Shown one piece after another: positions 31,685 through 41,725 of a stretch of 64,000 nt of DNA. The notes under the pieces were generated by a model. That model had not been told where the DNA came from and searched no databases. It saw only the letters and a program-made list of their open reading frames with translations. Numbering within the stretch: the first letter of the stretch is position 1; every line of letters begins with the position of its first letter. The stretch is from Candidatus Bathyarchaeota archaeon (GTDB taxonomy: Archaea > Thermoproteota > Bathyarchaeia > Bathyarchaeales > Bathycorpusculaceae), in NCBI GenBank assembly GCA_963782525.1, contig CAWAKC010000001.1, positions 256,001-320,000 on the forward strand. The letters are read 5' to 3'. The position numbers were made by a program, and so were the translations under genes.

Positions 31685-31885
31685 TTAGCCATAACGCCAC
31701 TTGTCGAGTGTCTTGTCTTTCTTGGTTTTCTTTTTGTATTCTTTGTAGTGCTCTTTACATAGGTAAGCACGTTTTTCGGCGCCGCTTACACTTAATCCGG
31801 CAGCTTTAACTTTGTCAGCTGACAACGAACGTTCGGCGACTTTGCCGCAGACACTGCATTTTTCGCCTTTTTCAATGCGACCCAA
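31685..31885 (-). CDS. Small conserved zinc-binding protein
   Basis: CSVC...AERSLS...YLCKEHYKEYKK; immediately upstream of thrS. Confidence 0.7.
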   Translation of the reverse strand: MGRIEKGEKCSVCGKVAERSLSADKVKAAGLSVSGAEKRAYLCKEHYKEYKKKTKKDKTLDKWRYG

Positions 31886-32114
31886 ACCAATACACGCTCA
31901 CATGAATAGTTTACTTTCTACATATACGAACTAATTGCTTAAGTTTCTTTTCATTCCAAATTTTTCTTCCTTAAGAATTCTCGGTTTATTAGTGGCTTTC
32001 TTTAGGTTCCAATATGGCTGTACACAAAAAAGCTTAAAGCCCCGTGAAGGCGATTAATCAGCTAAACTTCGAAGGGTAGCTGAGGGGATTTGTATAGTCA
32101 ACGATCAAATTGGA

Positions 32115-33002
32115 ATGCGCGATAAAGTTGTTCTACGCATAAAAAGCGGCGTCTCAGCTCTACTAAAGCTTGGATTAATCAAGAAACCAAGGTACCACCC
32201 ATATGGCGTAAGCTTTATTGTAGCCGTTAAAGATGAGGAACGATGGATTAAAAACCCTGTATTCAATCCATCCAAGATGTCGCCGATGAAATAATTGTTG
32301 TTGACAGCTCTGTGGAAGACAACACTACCAAAATTGTGGAGTCTCTTGCGGCGCAAAACAGCAAAATCAAACATATTCGCTTCTATTGGGGTGGCTCAAA
32401 CGCTTTCGCGTTGTCCCTGCATATTGGTCTTGTGAGTTCTAACTACAAGTGGGTTTTTAAATGGGACAGCGATCTCGTCGCAAAAAACACAGACGCATTA
32501 AAAGAGTGGGTGGGTAGATTGAAACACTTGGATCAGGACAGGTACTATGTGATTGATGTTCCACGCATAAACCTTGAAGGCGACCTCCAGCATCAACCCA
32601 AGAATATCCCGTTTGGGGCATACGAAGGAAGAATATTCACCTGGAGCCCAGAGCTAAGGTGGGGCCTAAAAAACAACTACTACGAGCAAGTTTCAGGCGA
32701 CAGCATCTGGGGACACCGATTTCCCCCATGGTTCAACAACATAAGATGGCATGAACCATATATTTCCATTGCAACATCAAACCGCAAGGCGCATGTTGAT
32801 GCGGGGATTTTGGGGGTACTACATGGTTCATAAAGAAATCCGTTTCAAAAACCTTGAGGAATACACTGCATATCGCGTTCGTAAGGACTGGAACATGAGT
32901 ATGGAGGAAGCAGAAAAGAAAGCCATGGATGACCTTATGAAAGGTTTGGAGCCTTATGACAGAACACGATTTGGAGACTTGCCCAAGGTCCTAAATCAAT
33001 AA
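32115..33002 (+). pseudogene. GT2/CgtA-like glycosyltransferase with about three indels (pseudogene or assembly error)
   Basis: GVSFIVAVKDEERWIK / PCIQSIQDVADEIIVVDSS...FKWDSD...HEPYI / FHCNIKP / ARRML; breaks near 32252, 32765 and 32782. Confidence 0.7.
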
Positions 33003-33010
33003 ACGGCTAC

Positions 33011-33934
33011 CTATTTTGAGTTCTTTTCGTATATGCCCTGCGCCCTTTGGTAAACCTGCTCTTTTTTCCCAAAGTAAGTAGGACCCAAGCCTTCAACAAC
33101 ATATGAAGCAGCAGCGGAACCCACACATGCACACCACAACGACTCTTTTTGGCGCAGATACTCCGTTAAGAAACTCCCGATGAAAACGTCTCCTGCCCCT
33201 GTTGGGTCAACAAGCACTGTGGAAGGGCAAGCTGGTATGTTGTATTGGGCACCTTCAACGGAGAGCAAAGAACCTTTAGCGCCAACAGTTACAATAACGG
33301 TCTCAACTCCAACATCATGGATTGCTTTTACTGCAGGCTTAAGTTCAGATTCGCCGGTTAATGCGAAAATTTCATGCTCTGAACACTTGCAGATATTGAT
33401 TAAGCTGAAGATTCGGTAGTCAACGTTGGAGTTGTCAGTTACGTTTCCTTTTTCGTCGAAGCTTCGAAGCAAACCCTGCGGGTCAAGCGAGAGAATATCA
33501 GCGCAACTTTTGAGCCGCTCTACCAGTTCATATGGGATTTCATCGTCTATGGGAGCTATGTGGACGGCTTTCGCATGGAAGTCTTTGGGTACATCGTTTT
33601 GGCTCAATGTTGGTCCCCTGCTCTTAAGTTTTAATGTGCGTTCGGAGAGGTCTTTGCTGTAGGTTAACTCAAAACTGGTTGTGGGTTCAGAGGCATGTTT
33701 TGTGACGGCGGAGAGGTCGATGCCTTCTTGCTCCAACCACCATAGATAAGCTTGAGGAAAATTGCCGCCAACTCGGGAGATAACTGAAGTAGATGCATCC
33801 AGGCGTTTTGCAGCAAAGGATGTATAGGTTGCGGCGCCGCCTAAAATCATAAATGGCTTGGTTCTGCTTGAAAGGTTGATGGTGTCGATTGAGAAGTGTC
33901 CAACCACTGCGATGTCAATGTTTTGAGCAGCCAT
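33011..33934 (-). CDS. PfkB/ribokinase family carbohydrate kinase
   Basis: LGGAATY, LDPQG, VTVGAKG, DPTGAGDVF. Confidence 0.92.
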   Translation of the reverse strand: MAAQNIDIAVVGHFSIDTINLSSRTKPFMILGGAATYTSFAAKRLDASTSVISRVGGNFPQAYLWWLEQEGIDLSAVTKHASEPTTSFELTYSKDLSERTLKLKSRGPTLSQNDVPKDFHAKAVHIAPIDDEIPYELVERLKSCADILSLDPQGLLRSFDEKGNVTDNSNVDYRIFSLINICKCSEHEIFALTGESELKPAVKAIHDVGVETVIVTVGAKGSLLSVEGAQYNIPACPSTVLVDPTGAGDVFIGSFLTEYLRQKESLWCACVGSAAASYVVEGLGPTYFGKKEQVYQRAQGIYEKNSK

Positions 33935-34073
33935 CTTTCTAATCACTTTGAATATTTAATTCAGGTCATATATAGCATTAGCTCATTCCCAAAAACTAAA
34001 CGCCCAATCGGAAGATTTATTTTTAGTTTTTTGGGCGAATAAGTTTTAATAACTTTAAAGTGTCAGGGGGTTT

Positions 34074-34137
34074 GGCTATGGCATTAGCCGTGGCATCTGC
34101 CAGAACCGCAGCCGAGAAGGATGCTGATAATGCCTAC
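34074..34137 (+). ncRNA. Fluoride (crcB) riboswitch
   Basis: GGCTATGGCATTAGCC...AACCGC-hairpin-GCTGATAATGCCTAC; GGCATT can pair with AATGCC (pseudoknot); ends 23 nt before the crcB start. Confidence 0.85.
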
Positions 34138-34160
34138 CTGCAAAATGGAAGGTAAGCAAA

Positions 34161-34550
34161 ATGAAGTGGATTGAATTCGTCCCCTTGGCAGTCGGCGCGG
34201 TAATTGGAGCTTTTTTACGTTACAAGCTTATCGAGTCACCTGTAGCAGTTTACGGTTTACCCGTCAACGTTTTAATTGTGAATGTTTTGGGCAGTTTTAT
34301 TTTGGGATTATTTTCGGTTCTCTCGATTGGGTTAAACTTTGAACCCCAATACACTTTGCTTGTGGCGGTTGGGTTCTGCGGTTCCTTCACCACCATGTCT
34401 TCCTTCGCATTAGAAACCAGCAACCTCGCCGATGCAAACCGTTTTAGCCTAATGGCACTTAATATTTTAACAAACGTCGGCTTGTCGCTGGGAGCTGTGT
34501 TTGGCGGCAGACTACTCGGTGACGAAATTATAGCGAGGTCTATGCGTTGA
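34161..34550 (+). CDS. crcB: Fluoride efflux channel Fluc/CrcB
   Basis: GAVIGAFLRY, VNVLGSF.LG, GFCGSFTTMSSF. Confidence 0.95.
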   Translation: MKWIEFVPLAVGAVIGAFLRYKLIESPVAVYGLPVNVLIVNVLGSFILGLFSVLSIGLNFEPQYTLLVAVGFCGSFTTMSSFALETSNLADANRFSLMALNILTNVGLSLGAVFGGRLLGDEIIARSMR

Positions 34551-34858
34551 GACAAAAAATGTGGAATCTTACAATAAGAATTAAGAAAAATGATGAGGTG
34601 GGAGGCAAACGTCTTCAGGCGTTAATCATGGATTGCCTCTTGAAAGCACACATCGAAGGAGCCACCGTTTGGACTGGTGTGAATGGGTTTGGTAAACGTG
34701 GAAAATCTACGTTGCATCTTGAAGGTGTATCAGTAAATATGCCTTTGATTATCGAAGTTGTTGATGAGCAAGCAAAGCTTGAACCGTTGCTGCCTGACCT
34801 GAAAATGATCGTGGGCGACAACGGTTTAGTAACCATACAGGAAACATACGTCATCTAA
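34547..34858 (+). CDS. DUF190 (PII-like) protein coupled to crcB
   Basis: GATV..G..GFG, P.IIEVVD; 4-nt overlap with crcB. Confidence 0.88.
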   Translation: MRQKMWNLTIRIKKNDEVGGKRLQALIMDCLLKAHIEGATVWTGVNGFGKRGKSTLHLEGVSVNMPLIIEVVDEQAKLEPLLPDLKMIVGDNGLVTIQETYVI

Positions 34859-34915
34859 AAGCTCAGTTAGGACTGATAGTTTCGCAAAGCAACCGAGTGC
34901 ACCATTGCATGAAGG

Positions 34916-35329
34916 TTATGGTAGCGGTTTATATGTTAAAGCGATTATGCCGCCGACTATTCCGAAGACTGCGCCAACGAAGTACCCACCCATACCAACA
35001 AAGCTCACAGCGGAAAACGCTACGATGACGACGCCCCAAATGAAATGTTCTTCTGGATGAATCCGCAGAACGAGAGCAGCTATCACTACAATTACGCCAC
35101 AAACGAGACTTACTACGGAGACTGCTGTGAAGAAATTTGTGGAGCTGGCGTAGTTTCCCATAAAGTTGTGGTAACCATCCATCGCTCCGCGCATATAGCT
35201 GCCAAAGGCTCCTGTGGTTGAGGCGCCTGAACCAAACCATACAAGGTTTACTAAGCTAATTATGAGGACGATTAATCCTCCGACCAGCGACATCACATAC
35301 GAGAGTGTAACTCCTTGTCTTGTACTCAT
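34916..35329 (-). CDS. Hypothetical membrane protein
   Basis: Four TM segments; GGYFVGAVFGIVGGIIAL C-terminus. Confidence 0.6.
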   Translation of the reverse strand: MSTRQGVTLSYVMSLVGGLIVLIISLVNLVWFGSGASTTGAFGSYMRGAMDGYHNFMGNYASSTNFFTAVSVVSLVCGVIVVIAALVLRIHPEEHFIWGVVIVAFSAVSFVGMGGYFVGAVFGIVGGIIALTYKPLP

Positions 35330-35341
35330 TTCAACACCTCC

Positions 35342-37114
35342 TTACAGGAATCTCCTCGGATCAGTATCAATATCTACGATTGCAGGTTTACCTGATTTGA
35401 GGGCTGTTTCGACTGCTCCTTCAAGCTGACCTGGCTCAGTAACTTTTATGCCTAAGCCTCCTGAGAGCTCAGCGAAATCAGCGAAGCTGAAGTCATGAAG
35501 ATCAGTTTGCGAAATCTCATAGCCCTCCACTTTTTGCTCTTGCATAATCATCCCCAAATGTTTGTTGTTCATGACAAACACTTTTACGGGCAAATTGTAC
35601 TTGAGCGCCGTCAAGAAATCGCCCAGAACCATCGTTAATCCGCCATCACCCGTTAAACAAACGATTTGCCGTTCAGGATAAGCCAGCGCTGCCGCCAAAG
35701 CTCCAGGCAAACCAAAACCCATTGTAGCCAAACCCCCACTCATCACCAGCTTCTGAGTTTTCTTCATGGCGAAGTTGCGACCAAACCACCAGCAGTTCTC
35801 ACCAACATCCAGCGAAATGACGGCATTGTCTGCAATTTTTTTGTTTAAAACCTCAATTATATACTGTGGTCTAATTGGTTTTATGTTTGCGTCAGCTTCT
35901 TTTTCCAACTGGTTTAGCCATTCCTGTTTTAATGCTTCAACTTCAGAAAGGTATTTTGCATTTTCTTTTTTCTGAACTTTCTCTGTTAACTTGGGAATCA
36001 GCACTGCGCTGTTACCCAGCAACGCCACCTCGGCGGGGTACCTGCGGGCAATCATAAGCGGGTTAATATCGATTTGCACCATGCGTTTCTTTGGAATCAG
36101 GGATAGATCCGAGAACGAAGAGCCGATAGCTATGAGCAAATCTGTTTTCTCCATGAGTTGCCCTGCCGCAGTTGAACCGACACCACCATGACAACCAACA
36201 TAAAGCGGCTCACTGTCGTCAACGAGCCCCTTTGCTCGGAAAGTCGAAATAATTGGGGCGCCAACTTTCGTCGCTAACTTTAGCAGTTTGGTTCCTTGTC
36301 CCCTACAGCCGAAACCCATCAAAATTACTGGTCTGTTGGCCGAATCGATGACTTTTGCAGCATTCTCAATCACCCAGTCTTCCTGTCCATAAGCGAGGTT
36401 GGGCATTCTGCCTTCAAACGGCAATATCTCCGCTTCATACGGCAACTTTTGTACATCATTGGGTATACCGATATGGGCGACACCCTGGTCGAGGAGCGCA
36501 TGTTTAATCGCCAAGGTAGCCAGAGACGTGGTTTGATCTTCCGTCATTAGGGTTTTGTTGTAGACGCTTAATGGTTCAAAGAATGCTTGATGGTCAATTT
36601 CCTGTAGTGCGCCTTGCCCCATGAGTTTGCGTGGAACCATCCCCGTTAAGGCTAAGACTGGCGCATGGTCGAGTTGAGCATCATATAAGCCTGTGGCTAA
36701 GTTGGTTGTGCCCGGTCCAGAAATGCTTAAAGTAGCCGCCACATGCCCTGTTAATTTGCCGTATGCTGAAGCCATAAACGCTGCCGTTTCCTCGTGGCGG
36801 ACTTGTATGTATTGTATTTTGCCGTTGCTCTTGCGTATAGCATCAACCACACCCAAAGTTGAAGTGCCGGGAATGCCGAAAACATACTTAACTCCCCACT
36901 CAGCAATCTGATTAATTAGCACCTCAGAAACCGTATGCACCGTCTTCTTTTCTTCCACCTGCTTTTCGTCTGCCTTTTCAGTTAAGAGTACAAAAGCTGA
37001 TTTGGGTGCTCCACAAACGGGGCAAACCCATTCTTTGGGTAAATCACTAAACTTTACTTTTTCTTTTGCGTCGTTATAAACCCAATTGCAGACTGTACAC
37101 CTGTATTTCGCCAT
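35342..37114 (-). CDS. Rubredoxin-fused pyruvate oxidase-like TPP enzyme
   Basis: N-terminal CTVC..Y...F.DLP..W.CPVC rubredoxin; FGIPG, VRHEE, SGPG..N, GDGG...NN TPP-binding motif. Confidence 0.88.
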   Translation of the reverse strand: MAKYRCTVCNWVYNDAKEKVKFSDLPKEWVCPVCGAPKSAFVLLTEKADEKQVEEKKTVHTVSEVLINQIAEWGVKYVFGIPGTSTLGVVDAIRKSNGKIQYIQVRHEETAAFMASAYGKLTGHVAATLSISGPGTTNLATGLYDAQLDHAPVLALTGMVPRKLMGQGALQEIDHQAFFEPLSVYNKTLMTEDQTTSLATLAIKHALLDQGVAHIGIPNDVQKLPYEAEILPFEGRMPNLAYGQEDWVIENAAKVIDSANRPVILMGFGCRGQGTKLLKLATKVGAPIISTFRAKGLVDDSEPLYVGCHGGVGSTAAGQLMEKTDLLIAIGSSFSDLSLIPKKRMVQIDINPLMIARRYPAEVALLGNSAVLIPKLTEKVQKKENAKYLSEVEALKQEWLNQLEKEADANIKPIRPQYIIEVLNKKIADNAVISLDVGENCWWFGRNFAMKKTQKLVMSGGLATMGFGLPGALAAALAYPERQIVCLTGDGGLTMVLGDFLTALKYNLPVKVFVMNNKHLGMIMQEQKVEGYEISQTDLHDFSFADFAELSGGLGIKVTEPGQLEGAVETALKSGKPAIVDIDTDPRRFL

Positions 37115-37232
37115 AAACAAACCTTCAAAAGCGTTAAAGAAATCTAATCCGTTCCGGCTTTATCTGCTTATTGGAACACAGAAAAATCGAACATTTTTAT
37201 AAACCCATCAACCAACTAATTAACTGTAAGAG

Positions 37233-38174
37233 ATGCCATTTATGGAGAACTGGGATGTCATAATCATCGGTGCTGGCTCAGCAGGGCTAGCCGCAGGAAT
37301 CTACACAGTCCGCAGTGGATTAAAAACCTTAATTTTGGATGAAAAATTACCTGGCGGCACAATATCCGATGCCTCAACCGTTGTGAATTATCCTGGATTT
37401 GCTGAAATCAGCGGCGGAGAACTCGCAGAAAAAATGACTGACCACTGCAGAAAAGTGGGCGCAGTAATCCATGAGCTGGAACCCGTCACCGAACTGGACA
37501 TTACGGGTGAAAAGAAAATTGTTAAAACATCCAACGCCACATACGAAGCTAAAACAGTAATATTCTCAATGGGTTCACACTACAAGGAAATCGGCATCAA
37601 AGGCGAAAAGGAATTCCGGGGAAGAGGCGTAAGTTACTGTGGCGTTTGTGATGGACCGTTTTTTAAGGGCAAAAAAGTGTTGGTCATCGGCGGGGGTAAC
37701 TCTGCCTGCATCACCACGCTTTACCTTTCAGGTCTTGCTGCCCAGGTCACGGTGATTCATAGGCGGGAAGCATTCAGAGCTGAAGAAACCTTAGTGTCCG
37801 ATATCGCGTCGAGAGATAATGTAAAAACTCTTTGGAATACTGAAGCCCAAGAAATTAAGGGCGACAAACAAGTAAGAACTGTAACTCTATTCGATAACAT
37901 AACCAATCAAACAAGCGAATTAGCTGTAGATGCAGTTTTTGTGCAGGTTGGCGAGGCCCCTAACAGTCAAATCGCCAAAGCCAGTGGTGTTGAAACAGAC
38001 GAGCATGGCTACATCAAAATAGACATCAACCAAAAAACTAATCTGCCCGGAGTGTATGCGGCAGGCGACGTAACCAACCACCCCATCAAGCAAGTGGGTA
38101 CAGCGGTGGGGCAAGGTATAACGGCTGCTTTGGAAGCGTACGGTTACATTAGACGACCGTATTACAAAAAATAG
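37233..38174 (+). CDS. trxB: Thioredoxin reductase
   Basis: IIGAGSAG, NYPG, GRGVSYCGVCDG, GGGNSA, HRR, YAAGD. Confidence 0.92.
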   Translation: MPFMENWDVIIIGAGSAGLAAGIYTVRSGLKTLILDEKLPGGTISDASTVVNYPGFAEISGGELAEKMTDHCRKVGAVIHELEPVTELDITGEKKIVKTSNATYEAKTVIFSMGSHYKEIGIKGEKEFRGRGVSYCGVCDGPFFKGKKVLVIGGGNSACITTLYLSGLAAQVTVIHRREAFRAEETLVSDIASRDNVKTLWNTEAQEIKGDKQVRTVTLFDNITNQTSELAVDAVFVQVGEAPNSQIAKASGVETDEHGYIKIDINQKTNLPGVYAAGDVTNHPIKQVGTAVGQGITAALEAYGYIRRPYYKK

Positions 38175-38278
38175 AGAGAAACAATTATATCATTCTGAAA
38201 CTCTTTTCGCTTCGATTAGCTTAAGCGATTATGCTAAAGCGTTAAAGTAACAGCGGAAACGCAGAAAAGGGTTTACAA

Positions 38279-39502
38279 ATGAGTGAAAAATGTCTCGCTG
38301 TGGTTGAAATCGACCAAGACTTATGTAGCCGATGTTATGTCTGCAAATCAATCTGTCCCTATGAAGCCATAAAAGCGGATTCGACGGGCAAAGTTGAAAT
38401 AAACAGTCAAGATTGCCAGGTTTGTGGCATCTGCTACAGTGCTTGTCCTTCTGCAGCTATAAAAATGCAGTATTACAATTACGATAACCTAACAGAATAC
38501 CTCAAGAAGGAACAGGTCAAAGCCAAAAACGTTGATACGTTGGTTTTGATGTGTCGGGGAAACTCGCCTTCCACGGGGGAAGTTCAAGATATCCTCAAAG
38601 GCCAAGGACTTAAAGTTGATAACTACATGGCTATGCGTTTGCCCTGTGCAGGTCGAGTTCCAACGGACTTTGTGTTTGAAGCTCTCAATTTAGGCGTAAA
38701 GAACATTGTTTCTATCCAGTGTGAAGATCCATTCTGTCGCTACAAAGAAGGAACAAAAATTAACACCCGAAGACTGGCTTTAGCAAAGAATGTTCTAAAA
38801 CAGTTAGGCTTCGAAGAGAACGCAGTTAGAGTTGTAAAATTCTCACGCAAAGCAGTCTACGATGTACAAGCATGTGTGGGATGTGACAAATGCATCTTCA
38901 TCTGCCCATACGGTGCTCTAGAATTCGAATCCTTCGCCACCCCAAAAGTTAACGAAGAAAAATGCGTAGGATGCGGTGCATGCCAACTGGTTTGTCCACA
39001 CCACGCCATACAAGTGAAAGGCTTCGAGTTCGAAGACGTAGTAGACCGCTACGGCAAATCACTCGAGCAACTAAAAGCCAAAGGCAAGGGTCCAGCAGTC
39101 CTTGCATTCGTCTGTCAATGGTCAGAGTTCTCAGCGTTAGACAACCCCAACAAGGCGTTTGAAGGCAAAAACGTCTTAGCCCTTGAAGTTCCATGCTTCA
39201 AATCCCTCGACCCCGTTCACATCATAAACGCCTTAAACTGCGGCTTCGATGGCGTCATGGGAGTAGTCTGCTCAGCTAAAGACTGCAAACTCCAAGAAGG
39301 AAGAGACACAGCCGAACGCAACATAGCAGCTTTGAAAGTAGCACTCAAAAAATTGGGTTTGCTCGATCGATTTGAGCTATACGAGGAATCACCCAGATGC
39401 GCAGGCGAATTCGAGACAAAACTCGATGAATTCTACAAGAAAATTTCTGCTTTACCCAAACGTGAAGTAACTGTGGAGGCGACCGCAAAACGTACAAAAT
39501 AG
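38279..39502 (+). CDS. Tandem [2x4Fe-4S ferredoxin + MvhD/FlpD-like] x2 protein
   Basis: CSRCYVC...CP and CQVCGIC...CP, then LPCAGRV...C....C; CVGCDKC...CP and CVGCGAC...CP, then FVCQW...VPC...C....C. Confidence 0.82.
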   Translation: MSEKCLAVVEIDQDLCSRCYVCKSICPYEAIKADSTGKVEINSQDCQVCGICYSACPSAAIKMQYYNYDNLTEYLKKEQVKAKNVDTLVLMCRGNSPSTGEVQDILKGQGLKVDNYMAMRLPCAGRVPTDFVFEALNLGVKNIVSIQCEDPFCRYKEGTKINTRRLALAKNVLKQLGFEENAVRVVKFSRKAVYDVQACVGCDKCIFICPYGALEFESFATPKVNEEKCVGCGACQLVCPHHAIQVKGFEFEDVVDRYGKSLEQLKAKGKGPAVLAFVCQWSEFSALDNPNKAFEGKNVLALEVPCFKSLDPVHIINALNCGFDGVMGVVCSAKDCKLQEGRDTAERNIAALKVALKKLGLLDRFELYEESPRCAGEFETKLDEFYKKISALPKREVTVEATAKRTK

Positions 39503-40335
39503 TTTCAAAAACAGAATTAGTTCCCAAGATAAAACTCTTTGAAGTAGACGCTCCAGACGTTGCGGCTAAATCGCACGCTGGCCAATTCCTAATCGTAATC
39601 CATGGCAAAAAAGGCGAACGCATACCCTTAACCATCTGCGGCTACGACACAAACAAGGGCACGGTTTCGTTTGCATTCCATGAAGTCGGCAAAACCACCA
39701 AAGATCTGGGTTTGCTAAACCAAGGCGAATGCGTCGACAACGTTACTGGTCCACTGGGCAACCCGTCTGAAGTCAAAAACTTCGGCAAAGTGCTCTGTGT
39801 AGGCGGAAGCGTAATGATTGCACCCTTGTTGTTGCAAGTTAAAGCAATGAAGGAAGCAGGCAACAAAGTCACCACAGTTCTTGGTGCACGTACAAAAGAA
39901 TTCATCATGATGGAGAATGAAGCCAATACATTGAGCGAAAAAGTCTACGTTGCAACAGACGATGGCTCGAAAGGCTACAAAGGCTTAGATTTCCTCAAAG
40001 AACTACTCAAAACAGAAAAGTTTGACCGCTGCGTCGTCATGGGTCCAGTTATCCTGATGAAAGATGTTAGCGAGATCACCAAACCCTACAACATACCCAC
40101 AATCGTCACCTTAACGCCAATAATGATTGATGGTATGGGTATGTGTGGAGTCTGTCGAGTTACAGTAGGCGGCAAAATGATGTTCGGTTGCGTGGACGGA
40201 CCAGAATTTGACGGCCACCAAACAGATTTTGACGAATTAATTCTACGTCAACGAACCATGCTTCCTGAAGAAAGGTTAAGTTCAGTTCTATCGGAAATGA
40301 GTGGAGGTTGCAAGTGTGGCAGAAACAAAGCCTAA
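39490..40335 (+). CDS. sudB: NfnA/SudB-like FAD/NAD-binding 2Fe-2S subunit; ACG at the expected start
   Basis: Frame open from 39466: (ACG)YKIVSKTEL...AGQFLIV...GERIPLT...GPLG...DGMGMCGVCRV...CVDGPEFDG; ORF track catches only 39712 onward. Confidence 0.85.
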   Translation, partial: TYKIVSKTELVPKIKLFEVDAPDVAAKSHAGQFLIVIHGKKGERIPLTICGYDTNKGTVSFAFHEVGKTTKDLGLLNQGECVDNVTGPLGNPSEVKNFGKVLCVGGSVMIAPLLLQVKAMKEAGNKVTTVLGARTKEFIMMENEANTLSEKVYVATDDGSKGYKGLDFLKELLKTEKFDRCVVMGPVILMKDVSEITKPYNIPTIVTLTPIMIDGMGMCGVCRVTVGGKMMFGCVDGPEFDGHQTDFDELILRQRTMLPEERLSSVLSEMSGGCKCGRNKA

Positions 40336-41725
40336 ACCAAAGTTGAATAGAAAAGCTGTAGAGATGGCTAAGCAAGAGCCGAAAGTTCGCAATAAAAATT
40401 TCAGTGAAGTTGCTTTAGGTTACACTGAAGCAGAAGCCCAAGAAGAGGCAAGCAGGTGCCTGTGCTGCCCGAATCCGCAATGCAGAACCGGTTGCCCCGT
40501 TGAAGTGCCGATTCCAACATTCATCAAATGCATCAAAGAAAAGAAGTACGCTGAAGGCATCGCAGCCATCAAAAGCAAGAACGCCCTGCCAGCCGTTTGT
40601 GGACGCGTTTGTCCTCAAGAAGTACAATGTCAAGCTAAATGCGTTATCGGAAAGATGGGTGAACCCATAAGCATCGGACGCTTAGAACGTTTTCTCGCAG
40701 ACTGGGAACGCGACAACGGAACCACAATTCCGCCTAAAGAACCCCCAACGGGTAAAAAAGTTGCTGTTATCGGAGCAGGTCCGGCAGGATTAACCGTTGC
40801 AGCAGACCTCGTTAAGCTCGGACACGAAATCACCATGTTCGAAGCGCTACACGTAGGCGGCGGAGTGCTTTCGTATGGTATCCCAGAGTTCCGTTTACCC
40901 AAAGCCATTGTGCAAAACGAAGTTAACTACGTCCAAAGACTCGGTGTTGACTTACGTTTGGGCAACTTGGTCGGCAGAATACATACCATTCCAGAACTTA
41001 TGAAAAACGGTTACGACGCAGTGTTCATCGGTAGCGGCGCAGGTTTACCACAGTTTACTGGTTGCAAAGGCGAAAACCTAGGCGGCATCTACTCAGCCAA
41101 CGAATTCCTCATCCGCGTTAACCTTATGAAAGCCTACCTCTTCCCAGAATATGACACACCTATCCGCCTCGGTAAACACGTCGTTGTTATCGGCGGCGGA
41201 AACGTCGCTATGGACTGTGCAAGAAGTAGCATGCGCTTAGGATCAGACGTTTGTTTGCTATACAGACGTTCACGCGACGAATTACCAGCAAGAAGCGAAG
41301 AAATCGAGAACGCAGAAGAAGAAGGCTTAGTCTGCAAATTCTTAGCGGCCCCAATGGAATTTTATGGCGACGAAAAAGGATGGGTAAAAGCTATGAAATG
41401 CATCGCAATGGAACTTGGTGAACCCGACGCTAAAGGCAGGAGAAGTGTTAAAGAGATTCCAGGCAGCGAATTCACAATGGACGTCGACACAGTCATCATC
41501 GCCATCGGACAAACACCCAACCCCATCATTCAACGCACAACAGGCGGCTTACAAAGCGACCCAAGACACGGAACCATATGCGTCAACGAAGTTGGCAAAA
41601 CCAGCTTAGACGGCGTTTACGCAGGCGGAGACGTCGCAACAGGCGCAGCAACAGTCATCAGCGCAATGGGCGCAGGCAAACGAGCAGCCAAAGCGATGCA
41701 TGAATACCTAATCAACAAAAAATAA
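40316..41725 (+). CDS. sudA: NfnB/SudA (GltD-like) NADPH-dependent flavoprotein subunit
   Basis: EASRCLCC...C..GCP, GRVCPQE.QC, IGAGPAG, YGIPEFRL, GGGNVAMD, YRRS; GTG at 40316 after GGAGG. Confidence 0.9.
   Translation: MAETKPKPKLNRKAVEMAKQEPKVRNKNFSEVALGYTEAEAQEEASRCLCCPNPQCRTGCPVEVPIPTFIKCIKEKKYAEGIAAIKSKNALPAVCGRVCPQEVQCQAKCVIGKMGEPISIGRLERFLADWERDNGTTIPPKEPPTGKKVAVIGAGPAGLTVAADLVKLGHEITMFEALHVGGGVLSYGIPEFRLPKAIVQNEVNYVQRLGVDLRLGNLVGRIHTIPELMKNGYDAVFIGSGAGLPQFTGCKGENLGGIYSANEFLIRVNLMKAYLFPEYDTPIRLGKHVVVIGGGNVAMDCARSSMRLGSDVCLLYRRSRDELPARSEEIENAEEEGLVCKFLAAPMEFYGDEKGWVKAMKCIAMELGEPDAKGRRSVKEIPGSEFTMDVDTVIIAIGQTPNPIIQRTTGGLQSDPRHGTICVNEVGKTSLDGVYAGGDVATGAATVISAMGAGKRAAKAMHEYLINKK

Noticed and set aside
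40316-41725. Annotation as glutamate synthase small subunit
   Set aside because: No large subunit nearby; coupling to a SudB/NfnA gene indicates NfnB/SudA
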